This document shows, in pieces, positions 55,371 through 64,000 of a stretch of DNA of 64,000 bases. The notes under the pieces are model-generated. The model did no database searches, had not been told where the DNA came from, and saw only the letters and a program-made list of their open reading frames with translations. A program made the translations under genes and the position numbers. The stretch is from an uncultured Candidatus Micrarchaeota archaeon (GTDB taxonomy: Archaea > Micrarchaeota > Micrarchaeia > Anstonellales > Bilamarchaeaceae), in contig OY970229.1 of NCBI GenBank assembly GCA_963714085.1, positions 877,348 to 941,347 of the forward strand, written 5' to 3'. Numbering within the stretch: position 1 is the first letter of the stretch; each line of letters begins with the position of its first letter.

Positions 55371-55916
55371 ATGGGAACCGGTTGCATGCGCTGCGGGAAC
55401 TGCTGCACGCGCTTCGTGGTCTGCGTGACTCCTTCGGACGTGCTCCGAATAGCGCAAGCCACGGGCAAAAAGCCCGGATCGTTCGTATCCGTGGTCCAAG
55501 AGCCGCTCGAGCGCGAGCGCGAGGAGCCGGCGATACTCATCGATGCAGAGCCCTGCCTGTTGGTCCTCAAGCGCATGGCAGGTAACGTGTGCATGTTCTA
55601 CAATGGCGAAGGCTGCGGCGTCTACGATTCGCGGCCCATGCTCTGCAGGACCTATCCGTTCCACCTGGAAGGCGCTTCCCTTCCGAGCATGAAATCGCGC
55701 GTATGTCCAGAACGCTGGCAGCCCTCTGCTGCGGAAAAGAAGCGCTATATCGCGGATTGCAGGAGATACGAATCCCAAATCCGCACCTACTGGAAAATCG
55801 CAATGCAATGGAACCAAAATGGGGGCAGCCTCGAATCCTTCCTCGCATTCGCGCTCGCAAACAGTTCTCCTACCCCTGAATCCAGAATCGCAAAAGCCAT
55901 TGAAACGAATAAATAG
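55371..55916 (+). CDS. YkgJ-family Cys-cluster (Zn/Fe-chelating) protein
   Basis: CMRCGNCC, CMFY, CGVYDSRPMLCRTYPF and CP motifs. Confidence 0.88.
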   Translation: MGTGCMRCGNCCTRFVVCVTPSDVLRIAQATGKKPGSFVSVVQEPLEREREEPAILIDAEPCLLVLKRMAGNVCMFYNGEGCGVYDSRPMLCRTYPFHLEGASLPSMKSRVCPERWQPSAAEKKRYIADCRRYESQIRTYWKIAMQWNQNGGSLESFLAFALANSSPTPESRIAKAIETNK

Positions 55917-55938
55917 CTTTCCGGTTCTATAACACTTC

Positions 55939-58470
55939 ATGTCTGCTAAAACATCTAGCGAGAGGCATCAGACGCTCGGAGACAACGTAATCCCCCTCAG
56001 GTATCTCCTTGTCTTCGAGCCGGACCTCAAGACCTTCAAATCCAAGGGCAGCGAGGTCATAGAATGCACGGTTCGGGACAGGACAAAGGCCATACAGCTC
56101 AACTCGAAGGAGATCGATATCAAGCGCGCAGCCATAAAATCGAAAAACAGCCTTCAGAACGCGCGCATAAGGAAAAACGAGAAACTGGAGCGGATCGAGC
56201 TCGTCTTCGATAACGCGGTGAAAGGCCCGATAGAGATACGGATAGATTTCGTCTGCACGAACAACGAGAAGATGTACGGGTTCTACAGGAGCAGGTACAG
56301 CGTGGGCGGCAAGCAGAGATACATGCTCAGCTCGCAGTTCGAGGCCGCCAACGCGCGCGCCGCGTTCCCCTGCTTCGACGAGCCGGAGTTCAAGGCGGCG
56401 TTCAAGGTCTCGATGCGGATCGACAAGAGCCTGAGCGCGATCTCGAACATGCCGATAAAGAAAGAATCCCTTTCTTCAGGCAAGAAGCTCGTGGAATTCG
56501 ACGAGACCCCGAAGATGTCGAGCTACTTACTTTATTTGTCAGTAGGCGAATTCGAGTTCATCGAAGACAGGCTCGGTAAGCTCAGGCTCCGCGTCATAAC
56601 CACGCCCGGGAAAAAGCGATTCGCGAAGCTGCCCATGGAATACGCTAAGCGGTCGGTTAAGTGGCTGCAGGATTATTTCGGCATCGATTATCCGCTGCCG
56701 AAGCTCGACCTCATCGCCATACCGGATTTCGCCGCCGGAGCCATGGAGAACTGGGGCGCGATGACCTTCAGGGAAATCGCCCTGCTCTGCGATGAGAAGA
56801 CCGCGCTTTTCAACAAGCAGTACATCGCGACCGTTGTCGCGCACGAGATCGTCCACCAGTGGTTCGGGGACCTGGTGACCATGGAATGGTGGAACGACAC
56901 CTGGCTCAATGAGAGCTTCGCGGAGTTCATGAGCAACAAGGCGATAAACGAGATCTACCCCAAGTGGCGCATAGAGACGCAATACGTCGCGAACACTTTC
57001 GGGACCGCGTTCGCAGCCGATTCCCTAAAGAGCACGCACCCCATAAGCGTGAAGGTCGACACGGTCGGGGAGGTCGTATCCATCTTCGACGCCATAAGCT
57101 ATCAGAAAGGCGGAAGCATCCTGTACATGCTGGAGGACTACGTCGGAAAAGCCGTCTACAGGAAGGGGCTCCATCTTTACCTGAAGAGGCACGCATACTC
57201 CAATGCCACCAAGCGTGACCTCTGGGACGCGATCCAGCAGGCGGCGAAGGAATCCGGGAAGAGGATCCAGGTCTCGGATGTCATCGAGAAATGGGTCACT
57301 AAGCCAGGCCACCCACTGATTCACGTCAGGAAGGCGCCGGGCGGGTTCTCGCTCAGGCAGGAGAGGTACACGCTGCTCGGCAGGGAGGATGATTCCTGGC
57401 CGATACCGCTGCATTACATGGCATCGACCGGGGTCTCGAGCACGTTGATGAGAAAGAAGGAGCAGAAGCTAAGCGTGAAGGGGGACTGGGTGAAGCTGAA
57501 CTACGGGCAAAAGGGCTTCTACAGGGTGAAGTACGAAGCCGTCCTGCTTGCCGGGGTCGGGAAGCGAATAAAAGAAAACAGGATAGGCGACATCGACACC
57601 TGGGGCATAGAGAACGACCTTTTCTCATTCGTCCGGTCCGCCAGGATAAGCGTCGAGGAATACCTGGATTTCGTGAGCGATTACTGCACGGACAAGAGCT
57701 ATCCGGCCAACTCGAGCATCTCCGGGCATCTCAACTGGCTCTGCAACATGGGCTATGGCCACGGTTTCGGGGAGAAGGCGAGGAAGGCAAGCATCAGCTT
57801 CCATAGGAAGGTGCTATCAAGGCTCGGATGGGAGAAACAGGACGGCGACGACACCATCAAGGTGATGCTCAGGAACGCCGCGATATCAAGCCTCGGATTG
57901 GCCGGAGACAAGGCCACCCTCTCAAGGGCGAAAAAGGAATTCGAATCATATCTCAAAGGCGGGAAAGAGATAGACGTGAACATACGCGGTGCGATCTACG
58001 CGTTGAACGCATGGCAGGGGGATGAAAAGACCTTCGGCTTCTTCCTCAAGAGGTACAAGGAGGAGAAAGCCCCGGACGAGCAGAGAAGGAACCTCAGGGC
58101 CCTGGCCTTTTTCAGCGATCCGGCCCTGCTCCGCAGGACGCTCGACCTGAGCAAATCCGGCGAGGTGAGGCTGCAGGACTCCTTCCTGCTCCCAGCGGTG
58201 CTTTCCGAGAATACGATTGGAAAAGCGCTCATATGGGGCTGGACCAAGAAGAACTGGCATGCGTTAATGAAGAAATACGACTCCGGCGCCCACATGCTCG
58301 GAGGGCTTGTCGACAACCTGTCCTACGTCTCGGACGCGAGGACCGCCTCGGAAATAAAAAAATTCTTCGCCCGCAAGAGCAACAGGCGCGATGACATGAA
58401 GATGGAACTGACCCATGCGCTCGAGAGGATACAGACCAACATCAAGCTGATGGAGAAGAACCGGGACTGA
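55939..58470 (+). CDS. M1-family aminopeptidase (tricorn-interacting factor F2/F3-like)
   Basis: FPCFDEP, GAMENWG, HEIVHQW...WLNES and YQKG motifs, plus an ERAP1-like C-terminus. Confidence 0.96.
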   Translation: MSAKTSSERHQTLGDNVIPLRYLLVFEPDLKTFKSKGSEVIECTVRDRTKAIQLNSKEIDIKRAAIKSKNSLQNARIRKNEKLERIELVFDNAVKGPIEIRIDFVCTNNEKMYGFYRSRYSVGGKQRYMLSSQFEAANARAAFPCFDEPEFKAAFKVSMRIDKSLSAISNMPIKKESLSSGKKLVEFDETPKMSSYLLYLSVGEFEFIEDRLGKLRLRVITTPGKKRFAKLPMEYAKRSVKWLQDYFGIDYPLPKLDLIAIPDFAAGAMENWGAMTFREIALLCDEKTALFNKQYIATVVAHEIVHQWFGDLVTMEWWNDTWLNESFAEFMSNKAINEIYPKWRIETQYVANTFGTAFAADSLKSTHPISVKVDTVGEVVSIFDAISYQKGGSILYMLEDYVGKAVYRKGLHLYLKRHAYSNATKRDLWDAIQQAAKESGKRIQVSDVIEKWVTKPGHPLIHVRKAPGGFSLRQERYTLLGREDDSWPIPLHYMASTGVSSTLMRKKEQKLSVKGDWVKLNYGQKGFYRVKYEAVLLAGVGKRIKENRIGDIDTWGIENDLFSFVRSARISVEEYLDFVSDYCTDKSYPANSSISGHLNWLCNMGYGHGFGEKARKASISFHRKVLSRLGWEKQDGDDTIKVMLRNAAISSLGLAGDKATLSRAKKEFESYLKGGKEIDVNIRGAIYALNAWQGDEKTFGFFLKRYKEEKAPDEQRRNLRALAFFSDPALLRRTLDLSKSGEVRLQDSFLLPAVLSENTIGKALIWGWTKKNWHALMKKYDSGAHMLGGLVDNLSYVSDARTASEIKKFFARKSNRRDDMKMELTHALERIQTNIKLMEKNRD

Positions 58471-58536
58471 CGGCATACTTCCATCCAACTGCAAAAAAAC
58501 GCGGGATTATATTTTTTGCCTAATCCATCCCTTGCC

Positions 58537-59709
58537 ATGGCAGATGAGAAACGCATCAGCCCGATCGTCTACATCCTGGGGGTCGTCAGCTTCCTCACCG
58601 ACATCTCGAGCGAGATGATATTCCCGATCCTCCCCCTGTTCATCACCTCCATCCTGGGGGCGGGTACGGCCATCCTCGGCATCATAGAAGGTGTCGCGGA
58701 CAGCACGGCCAGCCTGGTGGAGATATTCTCCGGCTATTTCTCGGACAGGCTCGGGAAAAGGCGGCAGTTCATAATCGCCGGCTATGGGATATCGTCGCTG
58801 GTGAAGGTGGTCATCGCGCTGTCCACGACCTGGTGGCAGGTCCTAATAGCCCGCGGCCTGGAGCGGGTGGGCAAGGGCGTGCGCGAATCGCCGCGCGACG
58901 CGCTCATATCGTCGTCCACCGGAGCGGAGGTGCGGGGCAAGGCGTTCGGCATCCACCGCGCAATGGACAGCGCGGGCGCAGTGATAGGCCCGATAATCGC
59001 ATATCTCCTGCTCCTGAAGTTCGGCAGCATGGAGCCGGGGTTCCGCACGGTCTTCCTCGCGGCCCTTATACCAGCGTTCCTGGCGGTGCTGGTCATAATC
59101 CTTTTCGTGAAGGAGCCTGAGAAGGCGGCACCCCCCAAGGTCAGGCCGCGGTTCTGGGACGCGCTGCGCCAGATGACGCCAAGATACAAGACGTTCCTCA
59201 AGGTCTCCCTGCTGTTCTCCATATCGTACTTCAGCTTCGCCTTCTTCATCGTGCGCGCCGCGGACATGGGGATCAACACCGCGAGCGTGCTGCTGATGTA
59301 CGTCCTCTACAATATCATGTACGCGCTTGCCTCGGTCCCCGCGGGCGTGCTCTCGGACAGGATCGGCAGGAAGCCGGTGATAGCCGGGGCGTTCGCGCTC
59401 TACGGGCTGGTCTGCCTCGGGTTCGCTTTCTCGAGCCAATGGTGGCAGGCAGCGGCCCTCTTCGCGCTCTACGGGATCTTCGTGGCCGCAGACGACAGCG
59501 TGAACAAGGCGTTCATCGCGGACATCACCGACGAGGACAAGCGCGGCACCGCCCTGGGCGCGTACAGCACCGCTATCGGCGCAGCATACCTGCCCGCGAG
59601 CATAATCGTAGGCGCGCTCTGGGCGCTCTCTGGCCCTGTCGCAGGATTCACGCTCGCCGCGGCCATCGCGCTGCTCTCGGCGCTCCTGTTCGTGAAATAC
59701 GTGAAATGA
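58537..59709 (+). CDS. MFS transporter
   Basis: DISSEM, SDRLGKRR, RDALI and SDRIGRK motifs with about 12 TMs. Confidence 0.93.
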   Translation: MADEKRISPIVYILGVVSFLTDISSEMIFPILPLFITSILGAGTAILGIIEGVADSTASLVEIFSGYFSDRLGKRRQFIIAGYGISSLVKVVIALSTTWWQVLIARGLERVGKGVRESPRDALISSSTGAEVRGKAFGIHRAMDSAGAVIGPIIAYLLLLKFGSMEPGFRTVFLAALIPAFLAVLVIILFVKEPEKAAPPKVRPRFWDALRQMTPRYKTFLKVSLLFSISYFSFAFFIVRAADMGINTASVLLMYVLYNIMYALASVPAGVLSDRIGRKPVIAGAFALYGLVCLGFAFSSQWWQAAALFALYGIFVAADDSVNKAFIADITDEDKRGTALGAYSTAIGAAYLPASIIVGALWALSGPVAGFTLAAAIALLSALLFVKYVK

Positions 59710-59722
59710 ACGAGGTGATGGA

Positions 59723-60181
59723 ATGGTATTGGGAATCGGGGAAGGGAAGATCGAGATAACCACTGAAAAGCAGAGCTATGCGCCCGGGGAAAAACTCAAG
59801 GGGAAGGTGACGCTCACCCTGAACCAGCCGAAAAAGGCCAGGGAGCTCAGGATACTCTTCTACGGGGAGCGGAGAGTCAAGGGGCCAACGATGTACACCG
59901 CCGGCTCGTCGAATAGAGGCAATGTCGAGCGGATATACCCGCAGGACATACAACTCGCAGGGGAGCAGGAATACCCGGCCGGGGCGAGCGAATACGACTT
60001 CGAGTTCACGCTCCCGAGCCCGCAACGGATCACGCCCCAGGCGGACAATCCGCTCGCAGGGATGGTCGGCATGCTCGTGGGAGACCCCTGGGCGCGTGTC
60101 AAGTGGAAGCTCGACGCGTCGCTCAACCTCCCGATGTCCTTCGACATCAACAACAAGATGCAGATAAATCTCGTTTTCTGA
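59723..60181 (+). CDS. Spo0M/arrestin-N-like protein
   Basis: YAPGEKLKGKVTL, EYDFEFTLP and WKLDASL..P..FD motifs. Confidence 0.65.
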   Translation: MVLGIGEGKIEITTEKQSYAPGEKLKGKVTLTLNQPKKARELRILFYGERRVKGPTMYTAGSSNRGNVERIYPQDIQLAGEQEYPAGASEYDFEFTLPSPQRITPQADNPLAGMVGMLVGDPWARVKWKLDASLNLPMSFDINNKMQINLVF

Positions 60182-60208
60182 ATTATTTTTTCAATATTTC
60201 CCAGGCAA

Positions 60209-60709
60209 TCATCCGATCGACAGCCGCGCGATGTTCTTCAGTTCCCTGATCCTCAGGAAAGCGGCGGGAGGGAGCTTTTTTTCGAGCACTACGGTCAGTT
60301 TCGGGTTCGGATAGATGTCAGGGTCGTCGCAGACCAGCTGCCTGATGCTGATCCTCGCGTCCGCGATTATGGCGGTCACCGAGCTCACTATGCCCCTGGC
60401 ATGGGGCTCGGCCTCTATCTCTATGACCTCGAACCCAAGGCTCTTCGCCACTCCCCGGATGGATGCCGTGGGTTCCAGCGCCCGGAATATGCCGAAAAGC
60501 TCCGGCACGTCGCATATCAGCTGGCCGGTCTCCAACACGACTCTCCGGTCCACGCCGAGAGCCCGCGCTATCTTCACCGGGCTTATCTCGATATCGCCCG
60601 AAAATATGCGTCCGTTCTTGTCGACGCGCATGCCCTGCCTGAGGAGGAGCTCGGCCACCTTTTTGCGCATCGGATAGCGCAGGAACGCATCTTCCAGGAT
60701 AGGATACAT
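60209..60709 (-). CDS. trpY: TrpY-like HTH-ACT tryptophan regulator
   Basis: KVAELLLRQG.RV, KIARALGVDRRVV and SIRQ..DDP motifs. Divergent from trpG-trpE. Confidence 0.8.
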   Translation of the reverse strand: MYPILEDAFLRYPMRKKVAELLLRQGMRVDKNGRIFSGDIEISPVKIARALGVDRRVVLETGQLICDVPELFGIFRALEPTASIRGVAKSLGFEVIEIEAEPHARGIVSSVTAIIADARISIRQLVCDDPDIYPNPKLTVVLEKKLPPAAFLRIRELKNIARLSIG

Positions 60710-60765
60710 AATGCACATTTTTGTACGTAAAAGCTATAAATATATCATTGATGCCAATACTGCTT

Positions 60766-61467
60766 ATGCAACCGGCAGAAAAAATGCGCTCGGAGCGCCG
60801 CGGTCCGTATTCCTCCGGAGTCCCCACGTTCAGGCGCGCCTCCCCGCTCGCGGAAAAGCCGCGCGTGCTGCTCATAGACAACTTCGACTCGTTCACCTTC
60901 AACCTCTACCAGCTGTTCGGCATGCTCGGCGCCGAGCCGCTCGTTAAAAGGAACGACGAGATTTCGCTCGCGCAGATAAGGGAATTCGATCCCCAGGCAT
61001 TGGTGATCTCCCCAGGCCCTGGCAACCCGTCATTGAAAAAGGATTTCGGGGTGAGCGGTGATGCGATCCTGGAGTACTCCGGAAAAATCCCGGTGCTCGG
61101 GGTTTGCCTCGGCCACCAGGGCATAGTGCATGTCTTCGGCGGAAAAATCGTGCGCGCCAAGTGCCTCATGCACGGAAAGACCAGCCAAATCGCTTACCAG
61201 CGGAAAGGGATACTGTCCGATATCAGGGGCGGGCTCACAGCCATGCGCTACCACTCGCTCGTGGCTGAGAAGGATTCGCTGCCATCGTGTCTCGAGGTCA
61301 TCGCAACGAGCCGGGGCGATGGCGAGATAATGGCGATACGCCACAAGGAGCACCCGACTTTCGGCCTGCAATTCCACCCGGAATCCGTGATGACTGAAAA
61401 AGGCCCGCTCATGATAAGCGCGTTTCTCAGCTACATCAACGGCGCTGGCCCGAGGCGAGAGTCATGA
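60766..61467 (+). CDS. trpG: Anthranilate synthase component II (glutamine amidotransferase)
   Basis: LIDNFDSFT, ISPGPG, GVCLGHQ, RYHSL and QFHPES motifs. Start uncertain (60751, 60766 or 60784). Confidence 0.93.
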   Translation: MQPAEKMRSERRGPYSSGVPTFRRASPLAEKPRVLLIDNFDSFTFNLYQLFGMLGAEPLVKRNDEISLAQIREFDPQALVISPGPGNPSLKKDFGVSGDAILEYSGKIPVLGVCLGHQGIVHVFGGKIVRAKCLMHGKTSQIAYQRKGILSDIRGGLTAMRYHSLVAEKDSLPSCLEVIATSRGDGEIMAIRHKEHPTFGLQFHPESVMTEKGPLMISAFLSYINGAGPRRES

Positions 61468-62828
61468 CCACGATGCAGAAAAAACTCAGGACCAACCTGC
61501 AGCCGCATGAGATATACGCCAAGGTCCATCCACGGTACCCTAGCTCGTTCCTTCTCGAGTCTGCGGAAAAGGACGGTCAGCTCTCCCGATACTCGTTCAT
61601 AGGCTTCAAGCCGGAAAAAACGTTCACTTACCGGAGGGAAAAAGGCAAGAGGGGAACGGCGTCGTTCAACTGCTGCGACATCGAGACGGAAGACCCGCTC
61701 GGCATCATGCGCAAGCTGCTCCAGGACGAGCGGGTGAGCAATGCGGTTCCGCCCGGATTCATGGGCGGTTACGTCGGGTACGTTTCCTACGACTTCATAG
61801 CTGAGCTGGAGAGGACGATAAGATTCGCCGCGCCGCCCTCGAATTTCCCGCTCCTCGAGTTCGGCCTTTACCTCGACGGCATAAGGATAAACAACCGCAC
61901 CGGGGAGGCATATTACGTATCCGTGGGCCCCGACCGCTCGAAACAAGCGGAAAGCATGCTATCGGAAAGCGCAGCGCCGGCAAAGCCGCTCAGGCTCGGT
62001 GCCCGGAGATGCAGCTTCTCGAAGCAGGAATTCGAGGACGCGGTGCGGAAAATCAAGGAGCACATACTGTGCGGCGACATATTCCAGGCGGTGCTCTCCA
62101 AGCAATACGAGATAGAGTTCACAGGAAGCCTCCTTGATTTCTATTCCAGGCTGAGGCAGATCAACCCTTCGCCATACATGTATTTCCTGAAATCCGGGGA
62201 AAGGCAGATAATCGGCTCAAGCCCGGAGAACCTGGTCAGGGTCGAGAACGGGAGGATAGACAGCTTCGCAACACTCGCAGGCACGAGGCCCAGGGGGAAA
62301 ACGGACCGGCAGGACGCGGCGCTGGAGAAAGAGCTGCTCGCAGACCCGAAGGAAAGGGCGGAGCACCTGATGCTGGTGGACCTCACGCGGAACGATGTCG
62401 GCCGCGTCGCTGAGATCGGGACCGTGAGGGTAGAGGAGCTCATGCGCATACTGAAGTTCTCGCACGTCCAGCACATAATGTCGCATATATCCGCCCACCT
62501 CAGGGACGGGCTCGACGCGTTCGACGCCCTCAAGGCGATATTCCCCGCAGGCACGCTGAGCGGCGCCCCGAAGGTGCGCGCCATGGAGATACTGGGCGCC
62601 ATGGAGCCCGTCGCGCGCGGCCCCTACGGCGGCGCGGTCGGCTATTTCGGTTTCAATGGCAATGCTGATTTCGGGATATGCATCCGCACGCTCGTGGCTG
62701 ACAGGAACAGGATATACGTCCAGAGCGGTGGCGGCATAGTCGCGGATTCGGTGCCTGAAAGGGAGTATGCCGAGACCGAGCACAAGGCCGGCGCCATGAT
62801 GAAGGCGCTGGAGAGCTCCAGGGGCTAG
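61464..62828 (+). CDS. trpE: Anthranilate synthase component I
   Basis: LLES and NPSPYM (Trp-feedback motifs), GDIFQ, KERAEH.MLVDL.RND, FPAGTLSGAPK and GGGIV motifs. Confidence 0.93.
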   Translation: MTTMQKKLRTNLQPHEIYAKVHPRYPSSFLLESAEKDGQLSRYSFIGFKPEKTFTYRREKGKRGTASFNCCDIETEDPLGIMRKLLQDERVSNAVPPGFMGGYVGYVSYDFIAELERTIRFAAPPSNFPLLEFGLYLDGIRINNRTGEAYYVSVGPDRSKQAESMLSESAAPAKPLRLGARRCSFSKQEFEDAVRKIKEHILCGDIFQAVLSKQYEIEFTGSLLDFYSRLRQINPSPYMYFLKSGERQIIGSSPENLVRVENGRIDSFATLAGTRPRGKTDRQDAALEKELLADPKERAEHLMLVDLTRNDVGRVAEIGTVRVEELMRILKFSHVQHIMSHISAHLRDGLDAFDALKAIFPAGTLSGAPKVRAMEILGAMEPVARGPYGGAVGYFGFNGNADFGICIRTLVADRNRIYVQSGGGIVADSVPEREYAETEHKAGAMMKALESSRG

Positions 62829-62877
62829 CGGCAGAACCGCGCCGCCAGAACTATTATATAAGTTCACGTGCCATTCC

Positions 62878-63012
62878 ATGCATACGAAACACATCGGTGC
62901 TCTGATGCCTGGCAAGATTGGAAAACGCCTAATCCGCATTAGGCTCGTCGCGAAGGCAGGCCAGACTGATTCTTGTTCCCGATGCCGGCGGACCAGGCGC
63001 ATAAGAGGGTAG
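62878..63012 (+). CDS. Candidate 44-aa basic uORF in the mgtA leader (not in ORF track)
   Basis: MHTKHIGALMPGKIGKRLIRIRLVAKAGQTDSCSRCRRTRRIRG*. TTATATAA lies upstream and the stop is 8 nt before mgtA. Confidence 0.4.
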   Translation: MHTKHIGALMPGKIGKRLIRIRLVAKAGQTDSCSRCRRTRRIRG

Positions 63013-63020
63013 GGGATGCC

Positions 63021-64000
63021 ATGGAGCTGCCGGACCTCTTTTCCATGTTCAAGAAAAAGGAAAAGCCGGAGCACAAGATATACACCCAGCTGTCGCAGAG
63101 CATGATCCAGGCTTCGGAAAGCGAGGTCGCGGACGTCCTCAGGAAGGTGAAAAGCAGGACGACCGGCCTCACGCCTTCGGAAGCCAGGACCAGGCTGATG
63201 AACTATGGGGACAACCGCCCGGTCCATCAGATAAAGAAATCCAACCTGCAGAGGCTCATCGAGGCCTACAAAAACCCGCTGAACGGACTACTGACCCTGC
63301 TCGCTATCATATCCTATGCGACCGGGGACCTGGCTTCCGCAGGCATCATCGTGTTCATGGTCGTGGTCGCGGTGGTGCTCAGGTTCATCCCGGAGCTGAG
63401 GGCCGAGGAAGCTGCCGAGAAGCTCAAAGCCATGGTAAGGACGACCTCCACCGTTATCCGGGACGGGAAGCGGAAGGAGATCCCGCTCGCCAACGTAGTC
63501 CCCGGGGACGTGCTGGTGCTCTCAGCCGGGGACCTCGTCCCCGCGGACGCGCGGATAATCGAGTCCAAGGACCTTTTCGTGAACCAGTCGGCCCTGACCG
63601 GGGAGTCCATACCTTCGGAGAAGCACGCGCTCAAGCTGGGCCACGAGGTGAAGAGCCCGTTCGAACTCCAGAACATGGTCTTCCAGGGCACGAACGTGGA
63701 GAGCGGCACCGCGACCGCCGTCGTCCTGCTTACCGGAACGAACACCTATTTCGGAGCCATCGCGATGCGGGTAGTGAGCGAGCAGGGCCTCACGGAGTTC
63801 GACAGGGGGATCCAGGGATTCACGAGCCTGATGATAAAGTTCATGCTGGTGATGGTCCCCCTCGTCTTCGTGATAAACGCCCTGAACAAGCACAACCCGT
63901 TCGAGGCGTTCCTCTTCGCGATATCGGTCGCAGTCGGCCTCACGCCTGAGATGCTGCCGATGATCGTGACCGTGAACCTGGCCAACGGGGCCACCAACAT
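63021..64000 (+). CDS. mgtA: Magnesium-translocating P-type ATPase (partial, runs off the window; not in ORF track)
   Basis: Manual translation gives GDLVPADARII, LFVNQSALTGES and VAVGLTPEMLPMIVTVNLANGA. Confidence 0.92.
   Translation, partial: MELPDLFSMFKKKEKPEHKIYTQLSQSMIQASESEVADVLRKVKSRTTGLTPSEARTRLMNYGDNRPVHQIKKSNLQRLIEAYKNPLNGLLTLLAIISYATGDLASAGIIVFMVVVAVVLRFIPELRAEEAAEKLKAMVRTTSTVIRDGKRKEIPLANVVPGDVLVLSAGDLVPADARIIESKDLFVNQSALTGESIPSEKHALKLGHEVKSPFELQNMVFQGTNVESGTATAVVLLTGTNTYFGAIAMRVVSEQGLTEFDRGIQGFTSLMIKFMLVMVPLVFVINALNKHNPFEAFLFAISVAVGLTPEMLPMIVTVNLANGATN

Noticed and set aside
60745-60870. Trp leader peptide before trpG
   Set aside because: No TGG codon in any forward frame. The GC-rich stems lie within the probable N-terminal extension.
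62878-63020. M-box (ykoK) riboswitch call
   Set aside because: I could not match the M-box consensus by eye, so it is kept only as a generic structured leader.
1-64000. tRNA, rRNA, transposase, integrase or cas genes
   Set aside because: No signatures found by eye. Intergenic gaps are mostly too short, but tRNAscan-SE and Infernal would be needed to exclude small RNAs.

Overview
A 64-kb, GC-rich, densely coding archaeal chromosome segment. A DPANN origin, most plausibly Candidatus Micrarchaeota, is inferred from the gene mix: radA, pelota, gatD/gatE, archaeal trpS and class III signal-peptide pilins, together with bacterial-type gyrB-gyrA and class I GAPDH. Left to right it holds: a transaldolase 3' end, a DUF35 protein, orphan surface proteins, trpS, a DUF736-like gene plus radA behind a palindrome, aspartokinase with a divergent ACT regulator, two VirB2-like small membrane proteins, gap, pelota, a truncated class I LysRS-like paralogue, gyrase and gatDE. 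Next is a type IV pilus locus (27.2-38.0 kb) with seven class III pilin-like genes, two TadC-like platform genes, an assembly ATPase, a vWA adhesin and a repeat-bearing KaiC-like ATPase. The rest holds pckA, ogg, an ArsR operon, a SOD/thioredoxin/FTR redox operon, trpD, tspO, leuA, a 1570-aa surface subtilase, an ABC exporter, an M1 aminopeptidase, trpY divergent from trpG-trpE, and the 5' part of mgtA. The strongest novel signal is a leucine-sensing leader upstream of leuA that is absent from the ORF track. It is a 22-codon uORF with five consecutive Leu codons, followed by an anti-Shine-Dalgarno that pairs with the leuA ribosome-binding site and a competing hairpin, which is the layout of bacterial ribosome-mediated attenuation. 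No tRNA, rRNA, CRISPR array or transposase was recognised. All assignments come from motif recognition by eye; no database search was run.
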